Below, one piece after another: positions 23,080 to 34,282 of a stretch of 64,000 bases of DNA; the stretch's first letter is position 1; every line of letters starts with the position of its first letter. The notes under the pieces are model-generated. The model had not been told where the DNA came from. It did not search any database and was given only the letters and a program-made list of their open reading frames with translations. The position numbers and the translations under genes were made by a program. The stretch spans positions 1,024,001-1,088,000 of the forward strand of contig CP181291.1 in NCBI GenBank assembly GCA_052279835.1. The letters run 5' to 3'. This DNA comes from Microcoleus sp. (GTDB lineage Bacteria > Cyanobacteriota > Cyanobacteriia > Cyanobacteriales > Microcoleaceae).

Positions 23080-25453
23080 TTATTCATCATCATCAAAAGC
23101 TTGACTACCGCCACCAACAGCAACTAAATCAATTTGCTGGCGATAGTAGTCTACACTCTTGACTTGAACTTCTACCCGATCGCCCAAACGGTACTGATTG
23201 CGGTTTTTGCGGCCGACTAGAGTTTGTTGGCGCGATCGATATTCGTACCAATCATCCTTCAGGGAAGAAACGTGCACCAATCCTTCAACTCGCAGAATCT
23301 CACTCTCCGGTGGCCGCACCTCAATTTCCACAAAGAAACCATAGGATTGTACACCTGTAATCAAGCCCTGGAAAGTTTGCCCGGTGCGTTCTTTCATCAA
23401 TCCGGTTTTCTTCAAGCCTTGCAAATCGCTTTCAGCGTCCTCAGCAACCCTTTCCCGTTCCGTCAGGTGTACGACTACTGATGCGAACTCCGTCTCAAAT
23501 TCGTGGTGTAAGTCTGGGGGGAGAACATTCCAAGTAATTTGGCCGTGACAGGAGGAATGGTGCAGGTCAACTTTTTCCTTGGCCCGTGTGGTACGGCTGC
23601 TGCGGCCTTGCTCGAATACTGCTTGCAACAATCGCAGCACCAGTAAATCTGCATAGCGAGATAGTGGGGAAGTACAGCGCGTGTAACCTTCTGCCAAAGC
23701 TAAACCGAAGTGTGGCTTGGGTGTTGTGCTGTAAACCGCCGGCTTCATGGTGTCTTCCAGCAGGTAGGTGAGCACTCTTTCGGATTTCAATCCGGCAAAC
23801 TGCTGAGTAAATCGCTGAAAGTCTAGGGGCAGAACTTCTTCTTCGTTTTCTAGATACAGTTTCGCCTCCGAGGTTGTTGGAAAGTTTGATGAACTCTTGA
23901 ATGTCTGCATGATCTGGCATGGGCTGGACGCGGTAAATTCCGGGGACTCCCAAGGCTTGCAGGTGGGTGGCTACGGCTTGGTTGGCGAGTACAACTAATT
24001 CAGATACGGCGGACTGGGCTGGGGGGGCGATCGCAAATGCTCCCAATTCCCCTTCATCGTCGAAGTGAGAGTTGGCGTCGGGCAAATTTAGTTCAAAAGC
24101 TCCTCGTTGGAGCCTCGCCTTTCTGGCTGCCTGGGAGGCTGCGGAGATTTGCTCTAGGAAAGGACGAAGGGCTGTGGATAAAGGCTGAGTTTCGTCATCG
24201 GAGGTCGATGCCAGAATTGCTTCTGCTTGGTGATAGCTGAGCTGGTAGTCAATTTGAATGACGCTGGTTTGAATGGAGTATTCAACCAGTTCCCCGGATT
24301 CGTCAAGGGTGAGCAACACGCTGAAGGCCAGTCGTTCGGTGTCTGGTAGCAAAGAGCAGCGCTCGTGGACGATGGATGGTAGCACGGCGATGATTTTGTC
24401 TCCCAGATGGGCTGCTGTGCCTCGCTTGCGGGCTTCTCGGTCGATCGGGGTTTCGGGTTGCACGTACTCAGCGACGTCGGCGATGTGAATTCCGACTTGC
24501 CAACCTCCCGATTTCAGGGTTTCAATGGAGAGAGCACGTTCCACAGGCGGGTCCCACAGGAATGAGGCTGGATCGAATTCGTTTTCGGCTGTGGGAGAGA
24601 AACTTTCTGGCTCGGTTTCTGGGACATCATAATTTTTGTCGCTGTTGGTTTCTCCCGGTTCGTTGTTGCTGAAAGTGACTGTGAGGATGTTACGCAAATC
24701 CAGGCGTTTTTTGATGTCGGTTTTTTTGAGTTTGCTGGGTAAATTTTCGGCTGCTTTGATGACTGCTGGGGGAAACGATCGCGGTAAGTCGTGTTTGCAG
24801 CATACGATGTCGAGGTCGTCGGCGGCTTCGGCGTCGGAACCTAGTACCTGTACTACTTTTCCGACTGGGCGGTGGGTGCCGAGGGGATAGCGTTTGACTT
24901 CGACGTGTACCAGGTGGTCGATCGCCTCTTGCAGATTGGTACCGTTTGCCAGTAAGTCTAGTTCAAATAGCAGGCGATCGTCGAGGGGAATTGCTCTGTA
25001 GCTGAGTCGGCCGGTGGGGGTGGCTGTTTGCTTGACTCTGGCTAGTACCGAGGGGTTGGCGCGTTCGAGTATCAACATCACTTCGCCTTCGGGGGAACGG
25101 CGGCGGCTACCTTCTTTGATGATTTTGACTAAGACTCGATCGCCATTCCATGCTGTTGAGAGATGACTTTCCCGCACGTAAACGTCTTCTGAACCTTCGG
25201 CGTCTTGAATTGCGAAGCAAAATCCTTTGCTGGAACAGCGCAGTTTTGCTTCTACCACATCGTCTTCAGTTACTCGGCGATATCGACCTTTGTCTTTGAC
25301 TAAAATCCCAATTTTCTCTAGAGCTTCTAATGCGATTTGAAGTTTGAGTTGACTGGTGACATCATTGCAATCGAGTTTTTTCTCTAATGCTTTGGGAGCC
25401 ACTAATTTGTCTTCTGTAAAATTGGCCAACAGTGCAGCGATAGAAAATTCCAT
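23080..25453 (-). CDS. rnr: Ribonuclease R / RNB family exoribonuclease; +1 frameshift near 23866
   Basis: Cold-shock domains, HIADV, HFGLA..Y...TSP..RYADL, C-terminal S1. Two ORFs join by removing one G (GGAGGCG to GGAGCG, giving NLGAKLYLENEEEV). Confidence 0.88.
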
Positions 25454-25931
25454 GTAGCGATCGATCCTCTTTTTTCCAGCAATTAGTCTAATTTTGGCGA
25501 AATCCGCCACGCTCTTTCCCGCTTTCGCTGTGCTTACACGCCCTAGATCTGGCGGGGGTTAGTTAGGTGTAGACAAGCACAGCCACCTAGTTTGAGCGCG
25601 GGATTTTTTTAGGAAATTCTCTCCCGACTCTGGTGGTGGCAAATTTTCTGCTGTCTGTCTTCAACTGACTTCTGACGGTGCAGAAAACTGTCTCTTACCC
25701 TTACTACTTTTGCTTAGTTGCTTTGCCATTTCCGATAGGTAGAAATGACCTGACGGTGGCTGTTAGCTTAAACCGCGGGATGTGGCATGGGGTTTAGTGG
25801 CGTGAAAGGTTGCGCGGATGATTCACCTTTAATTTATTGTATGTTGAATAGGTGCTTTCAGAAAATTGTTTTTTCGCTGATTGTACTACACTTAAGCCAT
25901 AAGCCCCATCTGGTTTCGGGGTCAAAACATT

Positions 25932-26861
25932 ATGTTTGCTCAATTTCGCGCCCTTTATCCCACTGGACAGTTAATTTGTGAATTGCTGACTGTTCATCAC
26001 GGCAAGTTTGTGGTTCGCTGTCTGCTTCAGGTTGATGGCAAAACTCTCGCTACAGGTATGTCGGCTGCTGAGTCGGTTGAGGATGCTGAGGACCGCGCTC
26101 GGTTGCGATCGCTCGCTGTCCTCGGATTTGATCCGGCTCAACCTCCGACGATCGCCCATGTTTCTCCGGCTCCCGTGGCCCCTCCGGCTCCCGTGGCCCC
26201 TCCGGCTCCCGTGGCCCCTCCGGCTCCCGTGGCACCTCCTGTGTTAGAAAGGCCTGTTACTACTGACAATTTTGCTTTACCACATCAGAGCAATTTTGTC
26301 AATACTCCATCGCCATTAATCGAAGAGGCGATCGCACCGATACCGGAACCCTTGCCCCCTATGGTCGATCAAACGGTGACAGCATCTAGAGAGGAATTTG
26401 ACTCCGATGCTTGGCTGTCTTCCAGCTACGGCGCACCGATTCAGGAACGGGAGATGCCAAGGGCTAGCCAAACTGAAATTTTACAGGGGGCTGCCGAAGT
26501 CAGGGACTTGGAACCAATTGCTGTTGGGATTCCGAGTGATGCGATCGAGGATATTTCTGAGACGATCGCCCAAGTCGAAGCCACCATGAAGCGCCTGAAA
26601 TGGACTAAAAAACAAGAAACTGACTGTCTGCAACAAAATTACGGTAAACTATCCCAGGCACTGCTGTCTGCGGGCGAGTTGGTAGACTTCCTAGAATACC
26701 TGGAAATCTACAGCAGAACCACTGATGAAATCAAGCGCTTGGGCTGGAGTCCCAGTCAAGGAAAGGATTATCTCAAACAAGGTTACGGTAAGGAAGCGCG
26801 ACACTTCTTAAGTAGGGAGGAATTGTTTGACTTTCTGCAATATCTGGAATCTTTACCTTAA
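25932..26861 (+). CDS. Conserved cyanobacterial hypothetical protein with Pro-rich linker and two C-terminal helical repeats
   Basis: 309-aa ORF; 18-bp x4 tandem (APVAPP) at 26164-26235; two RL.W...Q...L.Q.YGK repeats. Confidence 0.8.
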   Translation: MFAQFRALYPTGQLICELLTVHHGKFVVRCLLQVDGKTLATGMSAAESVEDAEDRARLRSLAVLGFDPAQPPTIAHVSPAPVAPPAPVAPPAPVAPPAPVAPPVLERPVTTDNFALPHQSNFVNTPSPLIEEAIAPIPEPLPPMVDQTVTASREEFDSDAWLSSSYGAPIQEREMPRASQTEILQGAAEVRDLEPIAVGIPSDAIEDISETIAQVEATMKRLKWTKKQETDCLQQNYGKLSQALLSAGELVDFLEYLEIYSRTTDEIKRLGWSPSQGKDYLKQGYGKEARHFLSREELFDFLQYLESLP

Positions 26862-27279
26862 TAACGTAAGTAAAGCCACTTAAAAAAACAGAATAGAACT
26901 CTTGCAAAAGTCAAATTTATCCCCCTTAGTCCCCCCTTATTAAGGGGGGAAACAACAATAATATTACCCCCTCCCCTTAGTAAGGCTATGCTTTATAAAC
27001 ATCTTTCTTAACAATAAAGTTGACAAAAGTAACTACTTGTGTAGGAGCTATTGGGGCGATCGCTTCTGATCTAGTACGAATTATCCTGCACAAGTAGTGT
27101 TCAATGTATCTCACTCTTTCAATAAGTTTGCTCAAGTGCGATCGGGGTTTTTCCCGATCGCACATTTTGGACAAACAGGATTAAATATTTTTCTGCCCTT
27201 GGTGGCGGTTTACCAAAATTATCACGCTCGATCATCACCCAATTTGTCATCACAGCCATTTTACCCGTCTCAACATACC

Positions 27280-27504
27280 GATTCAAGTTGTTTTAAGTTG
27301 ATTAAATAGCAGACAACCCATCACAATATCATCCAATCTTCTCAATCCACGCCACAAGGTTTTAACTCCCGGAAAACCATCATCTTTTCTGCCCAAAAAA
27401 CCTCCCAATTTAGCAATCCAACCAACCGCTTACCCTAAAGTTGGTGGGTAAAAATGAGAATAACTTTTGTGATAAATTGTTGCATAAAGAGCCTGCCATT
27501 CTGG
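27280..27504 (-). pseudogene. IS4-family (IS50/Tn5-like) transposase C-terminal fragment
   Basis: Manual translation PEWQALYAT...PPTLG*AVGWIAKLGGFLGRKDDGFPGVKTLWRGLRRL matches the Tn5-type dimerisation domain; in-frame stop. Confidence 0.85.
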
Positions 27505-27574
27505 AGGTTATAACATAGCCCGATGCCGGATACTTCGACTACCCTGGACACAAGTGCCCAATGCCCTATTACCA

Positions 27575-28486
27575 TTATTCCATTAATCCTAATTTTCGCA
27601 ATCGCGAACGAATCGCCCCAGATTGTCTCTGAAATTTCTTGGCTAATTCGCCAATTTTTTGACCGCTAGCATATTCATTCTTCAACTTCTCATCTTCTTC
27701 TCGACTCCACTTGACATAAGCTCTGGGATACTTCTGTCTAATTTTTTCAACATCATAGCTTTTAGGTCGATCGCCATTTAAGCCGGAATCCAAATTTCGG
27801 TTGATTTCCCCGCCGTGACGCTCTACCGCCTCCTGTACCTGGTTAGGAATAGTAGCAATTTCTTGGGATAGCTCACCCAAAGCCTTTTCTACTTGTTGCT
27901 GAAGTTCTGTTAGCTGTCGTTGCTGCAAATTTCCCCACTGCGGCAGTTCGTTGATAAATTGCTGCAAATCGAGAATGATTGTTGTCAAAGTTTCGACTTG
28001 TTGTAACTCTGGCCGCTGTTTGAATTGGCGGCTGGTAATTTCGATCTCGGTTTGAATCATTTTCATGGTTTTTTCTAAAATTATTAACCGCTGACGCATA
28101 TTTTCAACGGCTGAAATTAAAGAATGTACGTTCTCTCCCGGTTGAGCATTGATATTTTCGTTTGCTGTTTGGGGCAGAGCTTGATCTAAGGATTTTACGG
28201 CAATTTGTAATTGTTCGATCGCACGATCGGTTGTTGTCGCGTGTCGATCTACCCGATCGAACGTTGAAGCCGTACTCATCCTAATTTGCTGCTGCAACTT
28301 CTGTCGATTCACAAAATTCAACAGTAGCGCAATGGCGATCGGCACTTGGGCGTAAATGCTCTGCTGGAAAACCAAACTAGCAGCTAATCCAACGGCAGAG
28401 ACCGCCAAAAAAAACAATTCAGCAGTTTCTGACAAATTGGTCAATTTGGGATTTTGGATTTTGGTTTTTGAATTGGATGAGGACAT
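27575..28486 (-). CDS. Hypothetical protein: 2 TM + coiled coil + C-terminal Myb/HTH-like domain
   Basis: N-terminal hydrophobic helices; C-terminus YPRAYVKWSREEDEKL...LAKKFQRQSGAIRSRLRKLGL. Confidence 0.7.
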   Translation of the reverse strand: MSSSNSKTKIQNPKLTNLSETAELFFLAVSAVGLAASLVFQQSIYAQVPIAIALLLNFVNRQKLQQQIRMSTASTFDRVDRHATTTDRAIEQLQIAVKSLDQALPQTANENINAQPGENVHSLISAVENMRQRLIILEKTMKMIQTEIEITSRQFKQRPELQQVETLTTIILDLQQFINELPQWGNLQQRQLTELQQQVEKALGELSQEIATIPNQVQEAVERHGGEINRNLDSGLNGDRPKSYDVEKIRQKYPRAYVKWSREEDEKLKNEYASGQKIGELAKKFQRQSGAIRSRLRKLGLME

Positions 28487-28613
28487 ATGTTAAATGGGAA
28501 TTGCGAATTGGGAATTGCGAATTAGAAATTAGTAATTGATACTTGGTAGGCTCTACATTACCTAATTTAAAATTACTATCGGTTTTTGATGTATCTAAAT
28601 CTACTTAAATATA

Positions 28614-30011
28614 TTAAACCTGCAAAATTAATCGAGCTAAAGAAAAATAAATTAAGACACCGAGGACATCAACTGCGGTAGTGATAAAGGGTGCGGACAT
28701 CAAAGCCGGGTCTAAACCCAAAGAACGAAATAAAAAGGGCAAAGCTGAACCTGCAATCGAAGCTAACATTGCGATCGCCAACAAACTGATCCCTACTGCG
28801 ATCGCCACTGCTAAATTCCCTTGCAGAATATAAGCCCAAACAGTGGCCACCGTCCCCAATATAGCTCCTAGCAGCGCTCCCGCCATCCCCTCGCGGACAA
28901 TTATTTTCAACGGCCCCATGGCTGTAATTTCATCGGTGTTCAAACCGCGAATTACCACCGTTGAGGACTGGGCTCCCACATTACCTCCCGTACCTGTCAG
29001 CAATGGAATAAAGGCTGCTAGAGCTACAACTTGCTGCAAAATATCTTCTTGAGCTCGAATAATTGCCCCCGTAACAGTATTAGTTAAGAGCAGCACAAAT
29101 AGCCAAACTACCCTTTTGCGAGCAACGGTGATTAAATCGGTCTGAAAATAATTGTCACCGCCGGACTGAACACCGCCGAGGGTATAAATATCTTTGGCTG
29201 CTTCTTGTTCCAAAATGTCGATCGCATCATCCACTGTAATAATACCGACGAGACGCTGTTCCCGGTCTACTACCGGCACTGCCAAAAAATCATAACGCTG
29301 GATCAGCCTAGCGACTTCTTCTTGGTCAGTACCAGTTTGAACTGAAACCACCTCGCGAGTCATAATTTCACCGACAGTTTTGTCCAGGGGAGAAGTGACT
29401 AAATCCCGCAAGGACAAAATACCCGTTAAACAGCGACCGGCATCGGTGACATAAAGAGAATAAATTGTTTCGGTAGTCTTAGCCAAAGATCGGATTCTAT
29501 CTAAAGCTTGGGTGACGGTAAAGCTTTCTTTGAGAGAGATGTATTCTGGGGTCATGATCCGACCGGCGGTACTAGCTTCGTAACCCAAAAGTTGAGCCGT
29601 CGCTTCCCGTTCCGTTGGGCTCAATTCACCCAACAGGCGACGGACTAATATTGCCGGTAGTTCGTCAAATAGTTTAGCGCGATCGTCCGGTGACATTTTG
29701 TCTACAATGTCAATAACTTCTTGGCGTTTGAATTTTTCACACAGAGACTGCTGGACGCTGGAGTCGAGATATTCGTACACTCCGATGGCTTCGTCTTTAG
29801 CCAGCAAACGAAAAGCGATCACCTGCATAGTTTCTGGTAAACCTTCGATGGCTTCAGCGATGTCAGCTTCCTGCACCGGCTGCAAAATCGCTTTTGCTCC
29901 TGTCCAGTCTCCTTGTTCCAGCAGGGCCTTTAATTGCGATCGGACTAATTCCCGCAATTCTTTTCGCGCGTAGGTCGGTAGCGAAGATAATTGATAATTG
30001 TTTTCTGTCAC
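28614..30011 (-). CDS. mgtE: Magnesium transporter MgtE
   Basis: TAGRIMTPEY, CBS pair, GGNVGAQS, DPALMSAPFITTAVD. Confidence 0.96.
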   Translation of the reverse strand: MTENNYQLSSLPTYARKELRELVRSQLKALLEQGDWTGAKAILQPVQEADIAEAIEGLPETMQVIAFRLLAKDEAIGVYEYLDSSVQQSLCEKFKRQEVIDIVDKMSPDDRAKLFDELPAILVRRLLGELSPTEREATAQLLGYEASTAGRIMTPEYISLKESFTVTQALDRIRSLAKTTETIYSLYVTDAGRCLTGILSLRDLVTSPLDKTVGEIMTREVVSVQTGTDQEEVARLIQRYDFLAVPVVDREQRLVGIITVDDAIDILEQEAAKDIYTLGGVQSGGDNYFQTDLITVARKRVVWLFVLLLTNTVTGAIIRAQEDILQQVVALAAFIPLLTGTGGNVGAQSSTVVIRGLNTDEITAMGPLKIIVREGMAGALLGAILGTVATVWAYILQGNLAVAIAVGISLLAIAMLASIAGSALPFLFRSLGLDPALMSAPFITTAVDVLGVLIYFSLARLILQV

Positions 30012-30399
30012 CTGCGACCCTCCTAAACCTGTGCTGCGCGCGTTTCTACATCCAGTCTATAACCTATTGACACCCATGGTTACAGTTATCAGACTTATAA
30101 TGAGGATAAACTATGTTAATTTTTAAATGCCTCACCATCTCAATCAAAATGTATCCTACAAATCATGTTTCTTGGTGTTATTTTTGGTAAGTAAGTCCTC
30201 CTAATTAAATGCAAGATCCAAATCGCTCAAAAGCTTACTGGCTTGCTATTAGACATCTCCCATAATTCCTGTGGAACAGGCATCCTGCCTGTTGTTGACT
30301 ATCTTTTTAGGAGATGTCTATTCTTCACATCGATCTTCCCCCCTTGGGGGGGGGCAGGGGGGGTCCTCTTCCTTCTTCCTTCTACTTATCTGGAACTGC

Positions 30400-32136
30400 T
30401 TAAACCAACAATTGATATTTTTCTTGTGCTAAACGGTAAAGCGGACGCCACACCAAACGGTTAGTTAATACAACCAACAGCGACATCACAGAAGTAGCAG
30501 CCAATAACAAGGGAAAATTACCGGAAGCTGTCGCCTGAGAAATAGTTTCTCCCAAACCCTCTGTCATAATTATTTCACCTTTAAACTGCACGTATTCACT
30601 AACAATACTGGCATTCCAAGCACCGCCAACCGCCGTAATAATCCCTGTAATTAAATAGGGGAATATTCCCGGCAATATTAAATTTGTCCACCGCTGAATC
30701 AGGGAGAGTTTATAAACTTGTGCAGCTTCAAATAACTCAGAAGGTATTGCTTGAGCACCAGCAATCACATTAAATAATAAATACCACATAGTACCTAACA
30801 TCATCAAGGCCACGGAACCAATTTGTAAGCCACCACCCGCGTGAATTAAAGCTAGCAATAATACTGGGAATAAAGCCGTTGCTGGTACAGAAGCAGCTAT
30901 TTGTACTAAGGGTTGCAAAATCTGAGCTAAACGCGGATTTCGACCGATCGCCACTCCGACTGGTACTGTCCACAACAGCGATAAAAATAGGGCGCAGATG
31001 ACTCGCAAAGCTGTGAAAATTGCACCTCCAATCACTTTTTGCCAGTCGCCCAAACTCAGCATTCGCAGCAACAGCACGGCTTCCCAAGTTCCCCAAAGCA
31101 CAATGACGGCAAACCCGCTGACAAATATCCAATTAATCCAATTACCAAGGGGATTTGTTTGTTGGGGATTTTTGGGTAAATTAGCTGGTGCAAAAGCTCT
31201 GGCTAAACCGCGATCGAAATTGTCCCCGATCGGCGCAATTCGAGATTTCAACATCCGCAGCGTCGCCGATCGCCTGAAAAAATCCAAAACATTTGACTGA
31301 GGTACATTCGCCGCTTCCACAGCTTGATATTTAAACTTTTCTGCCCAAGCAATCAAAGGCTGCCATACAAAAAAGTCAATGGCTATAATCACACCGATTA
31401 AAACTGCTAAGCCCCAGCCGATCGCGCCAAAATTTCCTTCATTGGCCGCCTTACCCAAATAGGAACCAAGTCCCGGCAGTTGAAAGTTTTTGTCTCCCAA
31501 AGTAAAAGACTCGATCGCAATCAAAAAGAACCAACCCCCAGCTACGGACATGACGCTATTCCACACCAGCCCGATCGCACCAGCGGGTAACTCTAGAGTC
31601 CAAAACTGCTGCCAAGCATTAAGTCGGTAAACTTTAGCAGCTTCCTTAAGTTCTTGGGGAATGCCAGAGAGAGACTGATAAAAGCTAAAGGTCAGATTCC
31701 AAGTCATCCCTGTAAAGATGAGGATAACTGATGCTATTTCTACGCCGATTCTTTGACCGGGAAATAAAGTAATTAGCGCTAAAACTACTCCCGGCAAAAA
31801 AGATAAAACCGGAATTGATTGTAAAATATCTAATAACGGAATTAAAATTTTAGCAACTAGGGGAGAACGGTAAGCAGAATAAGCATAAACTAAGGTAAAA
31901 AGTAGAGATAAGAAATAAGCTATTGCCATCCGTAAAAGAGTCTGGGCTGTATATATTGGCAAGACACTTAGTGTTGTCTCAATTTTGAAATTAGGGTTGT
32001 AGTCACCAGTGAATTGAGATGCTGTTTGGACAATTACTAAAATTAGAGAGAAGATTGCTAGAATTAGCAACCCATCTTGCCAAGTCCAAGTTGACCTTTC
32101 TAAGGTTTTATTAGCTGGTGTTAGAGGTCTTGTCAT
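30400..32136 (-). CDS. ABC transporter permease (NitT/TauT-type, duplicated TM domain)
   Basis: LDILQSIPVLSFLP, WNSVMSVAGGWFFL, GGAWNASIVSE. Confidence 0.92.
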   Translation of the reverse strand: MTRPLTPANKTLERSTWTWQDGLLILAIFSLILVIVQTASQFTGDYNPNFKIETTLSVLPIYTAQTLLRMAIAYFLSLLFTLVYAYSAYRSPLVAKILIPLLDILQSIPVLSFLPGVVLALITLFPGQRIGVEIASVILIFTGMTWNLTFSFYQSLSGIPQELKEAAKVYRLNAWQQFWTLELPAGAIGLVWNSVMSVAGGWFFLIAIESFTLGDKNFQLPGLGSYLGKAANEGNFGAIGWGLAVLIGVIIAIDFFVWQPLIAWAEKFKYQAVEAANVPQSNVLDFFRRSATLRMLKSRIAPIGDNFDRGLARAFAPANLPKNPQQTNPLGNWINWIFVSGFAVIVLWGTWEAVLLLRMLSLGDWQKVIGGAIFTALRVICALFLSLLWTVPVGVAIGRNPRLAQILQPLVQIAASVPATALFPVLLLALIHAGGGLQIGSVALMMLGTMWYLLFNVIAGAQAIPSELFEAAQVYKLSLIQRWTNLILPGIFPYLITGIITAVGGAWNASIVSEYVQFKGEIIMTEGLGETISQATASGNFPLLLAATSVMSLLVVLTNRLVWRPLYRLAQEKYQLLV

Positions 32137-32139
32137 AAG

Positions 32140-32390
32140 AATTGGTTAGTGGTTAGTGGTTGTTGGCTATTGGTTATTGGTTATTGGTTATTAGTTATTG
32201 ATTATTAGTTATTAATTATTGGTTAGTTGTTATTGGTTATTTGTTAGTGGTTAGTTGTTATTGGTTATTTGTTAGTGGAGGCAGAGCCTCCGGGTATGTA
32301 TTCCCAGGCAGAGCCTGGGAACAAGACTCATAAGACTCAAATATTAACTAATAACTAATAAATAACAACTAATAACTAATAACTAATAAC
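32140..32390. repeat. STRR-like heptamer arrays plus a partial GGCAGAGCC REP
   Basis: (TTATTGG)n and (CTAATAA)n visible. Confidence 0.8.
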
Positions 32391-33724
32391 TACTCACCTT
32401 TCTCTTCCGATTCTAAGAAAATTTCGCCTCCCGGTTCGTCATAACTATACAACTCAGCATACCGACCCCAGTCAATAGCAGTTTGCAATTGGCGCATTGC
32501 TTCTTTGGGGCTAAAGTGGGCTTCCAGAATATCCAAAATCAATTCTTCAGAAATGCGGTGATTGCGCTTGGACTGAAGCATTCGCGAAATCTGCTGTACT
32601 AGGCGAATATTCCCCAGAATTTGGGTACGAACAATTTGTTTGCGCCGATCGATCCCACCAGCAATGAACTCCAAACCAACAGCAGTCAGGAAGAGGTCTC
32701 CTTCTTGGATTGCTAGAAAATCCATTAGTTTTGCAGCTTCAACGATCGGCAAAATGTCGTCAACCTCTAACATTAATTCTTGACCAAGCCGATAGAGATC
32801 TTTCTCTTTGCGGTCTTCTAATAGTTCTAAAAGACCTGCAACAGCGCCAATTCGTACTTGGGGGAGGGATTGGTATTTAGCACTTTGAGGGGGTTGAGGT
32901 TGAGATAAAGTAGTGTCTGGCTGCGGGACTGTTTCGCAACTCAAATCGGGATTGGTCAGAATTTTGTAAACCTGGTCTACGATGGCTTGAAATTGCGGAG
33001 TTTTGCGATCGCGATAGTGCGGCAAAGGAACCGTCAACTCGGCGCGAATTCGCCCCGGATTGCGACCCAAAACTACAATCCGATCTGCTAATATTACTGC
33101 TTCCTCAATCCCGTGAGTCACGATTAATACTGCTTGAGTTGGAATCTTTTTTTCTAGCCACAAATCTAATAACTCAAACCTCAAGTTTTCTGCTGTTAGT
33201 ACATCTAAAGCTGAAAATGGTTCATCCATGCACAGTAATTCTGGTTCCACCGCCAAAGCTCTAGCAAATCCCACCCGCTGTCGCATACCACCAGAAAGTT
33301 CTTTCGGATAAGCATTTTCAAATCCGTCCAAACCGATAATATCAATCATTCGCAAAGCTTTTTGTCTGCGAGGTTCTGGCAACTCTCCTTTAGCTTTTAA
33401 GCCTAATTCTACATTTTCTAGTACCGTCAGCCAGGGATAAAGGGCAAAGTTTTGAAAGACAATTGCTATCCCTGGATTTAATCCGACCAAAGGACGCTTG
33501 TGGTAAAGAACTTGACCTGCACTCGGCGGTATCAGTCCGGCAATCATCCGCATTAATGTTGATTTCCCAGAACCAGATGGGCCGAGAAGGGCTACTATTT
33601 CCCCCGATCGCAATTCTAAATCAATTGGCTCTAAAATTGAGATTTGTTGACCGTTGGGTTGTTGGTAAACCTTGCTGACACCTTCTAAGGTAATGAGGCT
33701 TTCTGTTGCTATTTTAACTACCAC
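32390..33724 (-). CDS. ABC transporter ATP-binding protein (nitrate/sulfonate/bicarbonate type, with C-terminal extension)
   Basis: GPSGSGKS, LSGGMRQR, MDEPFSALD; C-terminal IDWGRYAEL. Confidence 0.93.
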   Translation of the reverse strand: MVVKIATESLITLEGVSKVYQQPNGQQISILEPIDLELRSGEIVALLGPSGSGKSTLMRMIAGLIPPSAGQVLYHKRPLVGLNPGIAIVFQNFALYPWLTVLENVELGLKAKGELPEPRRQKALRMIDIIGLDGFENAYPKELSGGMRQRVGFARALAVEPELLCMDEPFSALDVLTAENLRFELLDLWLEKKIPTQAVLIVTHGIEEAVILADRIVVLGRNPGRIRAELTVPLPHYRDRKTPQFQAIVDQVYKILTNPDLSCETVPQPDTTLSQPQPPQSAKYQSLPQVRIGAVAGLLELLEDRKEKDLYRLGQELMLEVDDILPIVEAAKLMDFLAIQEGDLFLTAVGLEFIAGGIDRRKQIVRTQILGNIRLVQQISRMLQSKRNHRISEELILDILEAHFSPKEAMRQLQTAIDWGRYAELYSYDEPGGEIFLESEEKGE

Positions 33725-33744
33725 AACTAAACCTCCTCTGTTTT

Positions 33745-33862
33745 GTTGAAATTAGTCAGTAGTCATTAGTCAGTAGTTATTAGTCAGTAGTTATTAGTCA
33801 GTAGTTATTAGTTAGTAGTTATTAGTCAGTAGTTATTAGTCATTAGTCAGTAGTTATTAGCC
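33745..33862. repeat. Tandem repeats (TTAGTCAGTAGTTA)n
   Basis: Directly visible. Confidence 0.85.
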
Positions 33863-33933
33863 AAAACTCTCGAAAAATGACAATAGATACTTGTCCGCAG
33901 GCACGAGTCCGCGTTGAGCAGTTTTACAATTCC

Positions 33934-34062
33934 AGGACTTAGGCCACACCACCACAGACTGGGCAATGGTTCGACTGAGGGGGCGACGCAACGATCGCGC
34001 CTACCGCCACGGGGGGATTGCCGCTACATTCACACCATATACGGACACTGGGCGTAAGTCCT
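33934..34062. repeat. Element bounded by AGGACTTA / TAAGTCCT inverted repeats
   Basis: Short terminal IR around a GC-rich core; REP-like. Confidence 0.5.
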
Positions 34063-34282
34063 AAATTTATTCTTGGGTTCCCATACCTATACCCCATAAA
34101 GTCATTTTTAGCAAGACCTGCTACCGGGAATGCGTATAATCTGTCAAATATCAATTAAAGCTGAAATGAGGAGCGATCGCACAAACCCGATTTTATCAAA
34201 AAACTGGATTTGTAAATTGGGCATTAATTTAATCAGTAGCCTACCCAATGGTCGATGATTGGGATTTGCGAGAGGATTTTAT

